From Candidatus Micrarchaeota archaeon (lineage in GTDB: Archaea; Micrarchaeota; Micrarchaeia; Micrarchaeales; Micrarchaeaceae), in the NCBI GenBank assembly GCA_021822165.1, contig JAKARM010000001.1:42443-106442 (forward strand): a stretch of DNA of 64,000 nucleotides. The letters run 5' to 3'. The notes beneath the pieces were generated by a model, which was not told the origin of the DNA, made no database searches, and saw only the letters and a list, made by a program, of their open reading frames with translations. Numbering within the stretch: position 1 is the first letter of the stretch; every line of letters starts with the position of its first letter. Below, one piece after another: positions 63,879 through 64,000 of the stretch. Both the position numbers and the translations under genes were made by a program.

Positions 63879-64000
63879 TATATGTTTATTCCGCAATTAC
63901 GACAAACAATATAAATATAAATATGTTCTCAATACTATAAAATTTACAATAGTCACACCGAGTGTTCTTGCACAGTTTTGAACAAAAATACGGCTAAATT

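Noticed and set aside
1-64000. CRISPR arrays, cas genes, IS elements, toxin-antitoxin pairs
   Set aside because: No regularly spaced direct repeats and no recognisable Cas, transposase or TA motifs were found in any ORF. The only tandem repeat found is the 2 x 13-mer at 40275.

Overview
This is an archaeal chromosomal segment of about 48-52% GC by eye, with two clearly lower-GC stretches. It is densely coded (about 70 CDS, 6 tRNAs, one unlinked 5S rRNA). All calls come from motif recognition in the supplied ORF translations and hand-folding of RNA genes. No database search or computation was run.

**Housekeeping content**
- Two-subunit 2-oxoacid:ferredoxin oxidoreductase.
- AtoB-type thiolase plus a long HMG-CoA synthase.
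- gyrB-gyrA.
- An 11-subunit complex-I-like nuo set, split into convergent nuoABCD and nuoHIJKLMN blocks.
- Prefoldin beta, thermosome, Mrp/ApbC ATPase, a UbiA-type prenyltransferase and RadA.
- The conserved rpoD/tRNA-Leu/L18e/L13/S9/rpoN/tRNA-Pro/S2 cluster.
- PAC2/aIF2-alpha/L44e, a GINS-like protein, initiator tRNA, TFE, L15e and a Pcc1-like protein.

A 389-aa three-unit tRNA splicing endonuclease, heavy tRNA intron load, gyrase and an unlinked 5S rRNA fit an ultrasmall acidophilic DPANN/ARMAN-type (Micrarchaeota-like) or Thermoplasmata-related genome. That placement is from memory and is not verified.

**Most interesting observations**
1. Four of the six tRNA genes are interrupted. tRNA-Lys(CUU) has a T-loop intron at 59/60 and lies 6 nt from the stop codon of the endonuclease gene. 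tRNA-Pro(GGG) has a T arm that can only be restored by removing two 13-nt inserts.
2. A HerA/DUF87-like ATPase is fused to a wHTH and a PD-(D/E)xK-like nuclease module, next to tRNA-Ser.
3. A 2x[4Fe-4S] ferredoxin and an unknown membrane protein are appended to the nuoH-N block, making them a candidate electron-input module.
4. Two proteins combine an archaeal type IV pilin-like (class III signal peptide) N-terminus with lectin-type domains. Several large N-glycosylation-sequon-rich surface proteins are also present.
5. A decaying AT-rich patch holds a start-less Nudix ORF and a beta-CASP (aCPSF1-like) gene remnant.
6. GC drops abruptly at about 59.6 kb, inside a conserved informational-gene cluster.

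I found no CRISPR array, transposase or integrase.
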